From NCBI GenBank assembly GCA_046075565.1, contig JBJTQJ010000082.1, forward strand, positions 1-64,000: 64,000 bases of DNA, given 5' to 3'. Below are positions 58,275 through 64,000 of this stretch, piece after piece. The stretch is from Verrucomicrobiales bacterium. Its GTDB lineage: Bacteria > Verrucomicrobiota > Verrucomicrobiia > Verrucomicrobiales > SLCJ01. The notes under the pieces are model-generated. The model was not told the DNA's origin. It did not search any database and saw only the letters and a program-made list of their open reading frames with translations. Each line of letters begins with the position of its first letter. Positions within the stretch are counted from its first letter, which is position 1. Both the position numbers and the translations under genes were made by a program.

Positions 58275-59255
58275 ATGACGCCCATTCACCGCCGCTCGTT
58301 GATCGCCCTCGTGGGCGCGACAGCGCTGTGGGGATTGAGTTTTCCTCTCGTAAAATGCCTTTTGTTAGAACAACAGGCGCTCGCACCCGCTGCCGGAAGC
58401 TGGTTTCTCTCCGCATGGGGACTCGCCACACGTTTCCTCCTCGCCGCGCTCGTGCTGCTCCCATGGATTCTCAAATCAGGTGTCCGGCCGGATGAGTGGA
58501 AGCAAGGGGCGAAACTCGCATTCTGGTGCGGTATTGGCATGTGGTTCCAAGCGGATGGTCTCGCCCACACCGCCGCCTCGACATCTGCTTTCCTCACCCA
58601 GGGATACTGTCTTTTGTTGCCGCTGTGGGCGGCTTTCCGGCAGAAAAGGAATCCCGGACTGCGCGCATGGGTTGCCGTGGCCATGGTGATCATCGGCGGC
58701 GCATGGATCTCGGGCGTGAGCCCAGGAAACCTCCGGCTCGGCCGCGGCGAGATCGAAACCCTGCTGGCCGCGCTCTTTTTCACCTTCCAGATCCTCGGGC
58801 TGGAGGATCCGAAATACCATCACAACCGCGGACTCCAAGTGGCGTTTGTCATGTTCGCCGCCGTGGGCGCTCTCTTCGTGCCGATCTCCATGGCCACCGC
58901 TCCGGCCCTTTCCGATGTGCTCGCGGTGGGTGCGAATACCGATGTGCTCCTTCTCCTCGTCGCGATCACGCTATTCTCGACCGTAGGAGCCTACAGCCTC
59001 ATGATCGGATTCCAACGCGGCGTAACGGCCACCGAAGCCGGCCTCATTTATTGTGGGGAACCGATCTTCACCGCCCTCAATGTTTTATTCCTGCCCGCGA
59101 TGCTCGCCGCATGGACGGGCAATGTTTACCCGAATGAGACGTGGACCACCGCGATGATTGGCGGGGGATTGCTGATCACCATCGCCAATGTGCTCGTGCA
59201 GCTCCGGCCACCAAACGGGAAAGACGGGAGCGAGAAAACCCACCCGCCCGTTTGA
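58275..59255 (+). CDS. DMT/EamA family transporter
   Basis: LWGLSFP, RFLLA, T.AS.SAFLT, ATEAGLIY..EP.F; about 10 TM. Confidence 0.9.
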   Translation: MTPIHRRSLIALVGATALWGLSFPLVKCLLLEQQALAPAAGSWFLSAWGLATRFLLAALVLLPWILKSGVRPDEWKQGAKLAFWCGIGMWFQADGLAHTAASTSAFLTQGYCLLLPLWAAFRQKRNPGLRAWVAVAMVIIGGAWISGVSPGNLRLGRGEIETLLAALFFTFQILGLEDPKYHHNRGLQVAFVMFAAVGALFVPISMATAPALSDVLAVGANTDVLLLLVAITLFSTVGAYSLMIGFQRGVTATEAGLIYCGEPIFTALNVLFLPAMLAAWTGNVYPNETWTTAMIGGGLLITIANVLVQLRPPNGKDGSEKTHPPV

Positions 59256-59299
59256 TCCGGATGAGTGGCTAAATCGCCCAGCGCGGTCGAATGACCGCT

Positions 59300-60673
59300 T
59301 CAGACCAGTCCGTGGTAGAACCGGTAGTCACCGCCGGCTGCAAGACGGCCGACGAGCAGGGCCAGTTCGCGGGCGTGGTAATCGCCCCATTGCGATGATT
59401 CGCCTTGCGGGATCTTCTTGCCCGCTGGCACATAATCCCAGCCGTTGGGACGGTGGTAAATGGAATGCAGGAGCAACCCCTGGTGAGCCGGGTCGCGGGA
59501 AAGATACGGGTCGGCCAGCAGCGAACGAGTGACCGTCAGTCCGGCCTGGAAATAGCGTTTTCCGTCTTCGGTATCCAGTCCGAGGTAACGGCCGAGGCGC
59601 AACAATCCCTGGGCGCCGATGGCCGCCGCCGAGGAATCGATCGGCTCGTGATCATTGTCGGGTTCGGACGGACGATCGAGATAGTCGCCCAGATGCACCA
59701 GACCGGGCGCACCGGTGTCCCAATAAGGAATACCATCAGGCGGAGTATTGGCGATGAAGAAGTCGCAGGTCGAACGCGCGGCCTTCTCGAAAACAGCGAA
59801 GATGTCCTTCCCACCATAAGGTGCGAGTTTTTCCGGTGGCAGGTCACGCAGGAATTCCAGCTCCTCCGCGAAGCCGACCATGGCCCAAGCCAGGCCGCGG
59901 GTCCAGGTGGTGAAACCGGTGTAGCCTTGTTGTGAATTCGGGCAACGGAATTTGCCATCATTCGTGTTGAAGACACATTCGTGGGCGGTGCGTCCCCACA
60001 GGTCGTAGCTATCGCGACCTTCGCCATAGAAAACCGAATACTTTGCGGTCGCGCGTCCGTGGTCGATCAGACGGCCGAGCATGTCGGTCTCGACATCGCC
60101 TTCATCCATGGCCTTGTGGCCTAACAACCAACTGACACCCAAGGCCCGGCACGAGCGGATGGTATCGACAAATAGGGAATGCGGGCCGTTGAAGGAATAG
60201 ATGAACCCGCCGCCGCCGTGGGTTCGTGTCCAGCGCCGGGCCTGGGCCGCTCCGGTGAGCTTGAGCGCGAGCTGATGGAAGCGCACTTGCCATTCATCGA
60301 GCGGGGCTTTGCCTTCGCGCATGAGGCGCAGCAGGTTGCCGTAGGTCGAGACGTTGTTGAACCCATGGTCGTGCACGCCGAAATGGCTCACGTGCGGTGC
60401 CATCAGTTCGAGCGTGTTGCGGAGCGCGTATTCGTGATGCCAGGTCTCGCCAGTGGTGTCGAATTGGAGTGCGGCCGATCCGAACTGGAAGCCTTGTGTC
60501 CACTCCGTCCAACCCCGGGTCGTGTATTTTCCCGCTACCGTGAAGACCGGCGAGCCTTTCGCGGTATCGTATTCCTTGTCGATGAGCCGGATTTTTTGTC
60601 CGGACAATTCCCAAAATTCCGCGAGGGCGGAACTAAGGTCGGCGGGCGCGAGTTTTTGATCGATTTTCAGCAT
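59300..60673 (-). CDS. Glycoside hydrolase family 88-like (unsaturated glucuronyl hydrolase)
   Basis: WTQGF, HDHGF, QGY..TTWTRGLAWA, PYWD, DSSAAAI, WGDY. Confidence 0.82.
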   Translation of the reverse strand: MLKIDQKLAPADLSSALAEFWELSGQKIRLIDKEYDTAKGSPVFTVAGKYTTRGWTEWTQGFQFGSAALQFDTTGETWHHEYALRNTLELMAPHVSHFGVHDHGFNNVSTYGNLLRLMREGKAPLDEWQVRFHQLALKLTGAAQARRWTRTHGGGGFIYSFNGPHSLFVDTIRSCRALGVSWLLGHKAMDEGDVETDMLGRLIDHGRATAKYSVFYGEGRDSYDLWGRTAHECVFNTNDGKFRCPNSQQGYTGFTTWTRGLAWAMVGFAEELEFLRDLPPEKLAPYGGKDIFAVFEKAARSTCDFFIANTPPDGIPYWDTGAPGLVHLGDYLDRPSEPDNDHEPIDSSAAAIGAQGLLRLGRYLGLDTEDGKRYFQAGLTVTRSLLADPYLSRDPAHQGLLLHSIYHRPNGWDYVPAGKKIPQGESSQWGDYHARELALLVGRLAAGGDYRFYHGLV

Positions 60674-60709
60674 GGTGCTTCGGAATGGGTTGGATGGAAG
60701 AATGGGAAA

Positions 60710-61528
60710 TCAGAGCTTCGGCAGATGGAATCCTCCATCGAGATAAACAACATCGCCGGTGGTGAACGGCCAGTCGCCGGAGACGAAGGAGCGAACGGCG
60801 CGGCCCACATCTTCAGGCTGGCCCCAGCGTTTCATCGGCACGGTCTGGCCGCCCGCGATGATCGCATCGTATTTTTCCTTCACGCCACTGGTCATATCGG
60901 TTTCCATGATGCCGGGTCGCAATTCGATCACCTGACCGACATCAGCCAGTCGCAACGCCCACAGTCGTGCGGCCATGGCGAGACCGGCCTTCGAGATGCA
61001 ATACTCGCCACGGTTCAACGACGCGGTGTCGGCGGAGATCGAGGAAACAAAAACAAACTTGTAGCCACCGGCGAGCGGACAATCACCCGGGTGCGCGAGC
61101 CAATGCTTGGCCGCCTGTTGGGCGAGGAAATAGGGACCCTTGAGGTTCACTTCCATGACCCGGTCGTAACTCGCTTCGGTGGCCTCCGAAATATCCTTCC
61201 GTTCCGGTGGAGCGATGCCGGCATTGCTGACGACCGCGTCCACCCGGCCAAGGGCAGTCAATGCCGCTTCGAACAATCCGGCGCGGGCCACCGCATCGCC
61301 CATGTCGGCCTGCAAGACCGGAAACACTTGCTCCGGGCGCTGGGCCTGATTGCGACAATCTTCCGCCGTCCGCGCAGCCGCCTCGCGGTTGCCCGCACAA
61401 TGAATGGCCACGCTGAAGCCCGCCGCCGCCAGCTCGAGGGCGATGCCCCGGCCAAGCCCCCGGCTCGCTCCCGTGACCAATACCGCAGGGATCGTTCCGG
61501 CCTTGCCGGTATCATTTTCCACTTTCAT
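60710..61528 (-). CDS. Short-chain dehydrogenase/reductase
   Basis: TGASRGLG, NAG, YCISK, PG..ETDMT, DGG. Confidence 0.92.
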   Translation of the reverse strand: MKVENDTGKAGTIPAVLVTGASRGLGRGIALELAAAGFSVAIHCAGNREAAARTAEDCRNQAQRPEQVFPVLQADMGDAVARAGLFEAALTALGRVDAVVSNAGIAPPERKDISEATEASYDRVMEVNLKGPYFLAQQAAKHWLAHPGDCPLAGGYKFVFVSSISADTASLNRGEYCISKAGLAMAARLWALRLADVGQVIELRPGIMETDMTSGVKEKYDAIIAGGQTVPMKRWGQPEDVGRAVRSFVSGDWPFTTGDVVYLDGGFHLPKL

Positions 61529-61633
61529 TGCATGCAACTTTAACGGGCCACCCGCCCCGTGCAAGTTGCGTTTTGTGCGCCCAAAGGTGGCAGCCATGGT
61601 CCGGCGCCGACAGCCTGGCAAGTGGCTTCGGAC

Positions 61634-61846
61634 TCAATCCTTGAAGATGAACAAGCTGATGGTGAACGCGGCACCGATGATATAGATGAGGATCAGGTTT
61701 GACACAAAATAAGGAAAAAACATCAAGGCACCACCGATCAGCTTCGGCTTGAGCGTATCCTTCACTTTGCCATAACCGAAGCCGATCATCCCGACCAGAC
61801 CGAAGAGGAATCCGGCCACAAGTCTGGGAACAAAGTCGGGATCCAT
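61634..61846 (-). CDS. Small membrane protein (70 aa)
   Basis: Hydrophobic, GYGK...IG.ALM.FPYFV; co-oriented just downstream of the R3H gene. Confidence 0.75.
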   Translation of the reverse strand: MDPDFVPRLVAGFLFGLVGMIGFGYGKVKDTLKPKLIGGALMFFPYFVSNLILIYIIGAAFTISLFIFKD

Positions 61847-61865
61847 GGGAAAATCGGTTGGAAAC

Positions 61866-62339
61866 TCAGGATTTACAGGTGCGGGGGCGCACGATGATGC
61901 GTTTCAGGCGCTCTTTGGATTCCTCGCTGATCGACTCGACATGCGGATTTTCCTTGAGCGTGTTGTGGACGATGCGGCGGTAGTAGGAGTTGAGCGGATT
62001 GAGGCGCACGGCTTTCCCGGTATCGCGCACGCGCTCGGCGAGGGCGGTGATCTTTTCGATCATTTCGGTCTCACGCTGGTTGCGGTAGTGGCCGACATCG
62101 ACTCGGAAGCGCGGGGCATCGGGATGGCGCTGCAGCAAGAGACGGTTGAGAAGAAATTGGATATCGTCCAGCCGATCCCCATGACGGCCGATGAGCAGAC
62201 GGGAGTCGTCGGTGAGGATTTGCAGACCGGGACCCTCGGCGGTTTCCTCGTCTTCGATGGTGGTGTAAAAACCAAGATGACCGAGCATGGTATCGAGGAT
62301 GCGGCGTGCGTCTTCGCGGATGGTATCGGGAGAACTCAT
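61866..62339 (-). CDS. KH + R3H RNA-binding protein (KhpB/Jag-like, no Jag_N)
   Basis: LIGRHGDRLDDIQFL (KH), RRIVH (R3H). Confidence 0.88.
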   Translation of the reverse strand: MSSPDTIREDARRILDTMLGHLGFYTTIEDEETAEGPGLQILTDDSRLLIGRHGDRLDDIQFLLNRLLLQRHPDAPRFRVDVGHYRNQRETEMIEKITALAERVRDTGKAVRLNPLNSYYRRIVHNTLKENPHVESISEESKERLKRIIVRPRTCKS

Positions 62340-62554
62340 ATACTTCCGTGAGGTTGCAGGATTCCAGCGCTGGCGTCAACCGCAATTCTCGGGCTCTGAA
62401 AAGGGGCGGGTGCAGCACAAAAGAGGCGGCTCTTCTGGAAATCGAGTGGAGTTTTGTTGTCTTCGGTTCGGAGCCACGACACTCGTTCTTTTCTCGACAA
62501 AATGGGAGTCCGGGCGTCCCGCCCGGAACTTGTCCCGTTCACGGGCAGGATGCC

Positions 62555-62770
62555 CAATATTGTCGGTCTAGCACTAGAATTGGCAAAGAGCGATCTGATC
62601 TCAGGGCAAGACCGGGAAGGTCTTGCTACGACTCCGATGGGTCCTCAAAGGCCATATTCCCCTGATCGGCCACGTCGGCCGTAGCAAGAGCGTCTCGCTC
62701 TTGCCTTACAAGGATGTGAAAAACAAGAACCCGGAAGACCAAGATTCCTAGCGCTAAACTCACAGTATTG
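62555..62770 (-). mobile_element. 216-bp MITE-like element, copy C, with TIRs and an 11-bp target duplication inside a REP
   Basis: Ends CAATATTGTCGGTCTAGCACTAG / revcomp CAATACTGTGAGTTTAGCGCTAG; GGCAGGATGCC duplicated at 62544-62554 and 62771-62781. Confidence 0.78.
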
Positions 62771-62920
62771 GGCAGGATGCCCGTGCTCCCTTTTCGGCAA
62801 ATGAGGCCGCAACTCCTCCGCCATGGCCCATCGCTCCAGCAAGCTACGGACACGACCCTACGGGATCGTGTCCCTCCGTGGATGGAAAGGCGGGGATCCG
62901 CGTCAAGTTAAGGGTTATCC

Positions 62921-63541
62921 TTATTGCGGTGGCAGCGCTCGGGTCGGTTGGGTGATATGCGGAGCGCGGAGGTAGATCGGTTCGATCGCTCCGCTTGCCG
63001 GGGCGGCACATGCAGCGCTGCGGGCGAGCCGCACGGCGGAGGGTGGACGTCTGTGCAGGCGCGAATCGAGTGGCCGCGCGTCGGTGGTGAAGATGGGATC
63101 CGTTAGACCGGATAAACGTTCGGTCAATTCCGCCATGGGAAAAATCTCCGCGGGAACCACCAATTGCCCGTCGCGGATGGTCGCGAGATAGAATCCGTCG
63201 CGCCGCGCGTCGCCGACAACATGATAAGCACTTTCATCGGACAAGGTCGAAAGGGAATCGTGCCCGCTCCAGGGCAAGCCCAGTCCGGTGGCGAGTCCGT
63301 GCGCGGCGGCGATGCCGATGCGGATGCCGGTGTAGGAACCGGGACCGGTGCCGACGACAATGTGGTTCGGCGCCGGGCCATCACGCAGGATGCGGGCGAG
63401 GGGATCGAAGACGAGGGAATTGTGCGAGCGCTCGCTCTCGAAGGTATATTCCACGAGCGTCTCGGGCACTTGATCGGCATTGAACCGGACCAGTGCAACT
63501 TCGCCACGCGGCGTGGATGTATCGAGGGCGAGGATGATCAT
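62921..63541 (-). CDS. tsaB: tRNA threonylcarbamoyladenosine biosynthesis protein TsaB
   Basis: ILALDTS, SHNS, GPGSYTGIRIG, DARR, EPIYLR. Confidence 0.93.
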   Translation of the reverse strand: MIILALDTSTPRGEVALVRFNADQVPETLVEYTFESERSHNSLVFDPLARILRDGPAPNHIVVGTGPGSYTGIRIGIAAAHGLATGLGLPWSGHDSLSTLSDESAYHVVGDARRDGFYLATIRDGQLVVPAEIFPMAELTERLSGLTDPIFTTDARPLDSRLHRRPPSAVRLARSAACAAPASGAIEPIYLRAPHITQPTRALPPQ

Positions 63542-63993
63542 GTTGATGATCCGGACCTCCAGGTTTGCCAGTCCGATCGGGTTCCCATTTTCGCCGAGCG
63601 AATGCCATGGGTCGGCGCATCGATTTCGATCCAAAGGGAATCGCCGGGCAGCGCGTCGGGAAAACGATCCGCCCATTCGACGAGGATCAGACCATTTGCG
63701 TCCAGCAGGTCGTCCCAACCGAGGCCGACCAGTTCATGCTCCGATTCGAGTCGGTAGAAGTCGAGATGGAAGACCGGCAAATGCCCGCCCCGGTATTCAT
63801 GCACGAGCGTGAAGGTCGGGCTGGTGACCAGATCATCTGATCCCGCTCCGGCGGTGATGGCAGCAGCGAGGGTGGTTTTGCCCGCCCCGAGGGTGCCAAC
63901 AAGTGCGATGACCTGCCCGGCGCGAGCGGCCGCTCCCAACTCGCGGCCAAAGGCCCGGGTCGCGGATTGATCAGGTAGAAGCCGGGTGATCAT
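63538..63993 (-). CDS. tsaE: tRNA threonylcarbamoyladenosine biosynthesis ATPase TsaE
   Basis: GTLGAGKTT, VTSPTFTLVHEY, HLDFYRL, VEWAD. Confidence 0.95.
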   Translation of the reverse strand: MITRLLPDQSATRAFGRELGAAARAGQVIALVGTLGAGKTTLAAAITAGAGSDDLVTSPTFTLVHEYRGGHLPVFHLDFYRLESEHELVGLGWDDLLDANGLILVEWADRFPDALPGDSLWIEIDAPTHGIRSAKMGTRSDWQTWRSGSST

Positions 63994-64000
63994 AGGGTTC

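Overview
A high-GC, gene-dense chromosomal window, most likely from a Verrucomicrobiales bacterium. That assignment is an inference from the PVC-type prepilin/H-X9-DG protein, the His-rich barrel and the fragmented operons. The window holds about 60 CDS and one tRNA-Asp(GTC). Housekeeping genes: glmS (partial), ychF, alaS, clpX, ispH, thrC, hisI, purQ, trpD, gcvT/H, can, tsaE/B. Envelope and metal genes: MlaEFD, a five-gene Zn/Mn uptake operon with a His-rich outer-membrane barrel, a Fur/Zur regulator, a thioester alpha-2-macroglobulin and two L,D-transpeptidases. Also present are a VTC-DUF4956-prepilin operon, a VapBC pair and uronate-related CAZymes. I see no transposase, integrase, prophage or CRISPR. 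The most unusual signal is non-coding: almost every long intergenic gap is a nested mosaic of small palindromic repeats. (1) A ~215-bp MITE/REPIN-like family occurs three times and carries a GTAG-type REP doublet; one copy sits inside another REP with an 11-bp target duplication. (2) A ~30-nt mini-element occurs three times, each time interrupting a different host palindrome. (3) A perfect 104-bp direct repeat lies at 47.5/47.9 kb. Many genes also have a -35/-10 promoter placed 5-6 nt before the ATG, suggesting widespread leaderless transcription.
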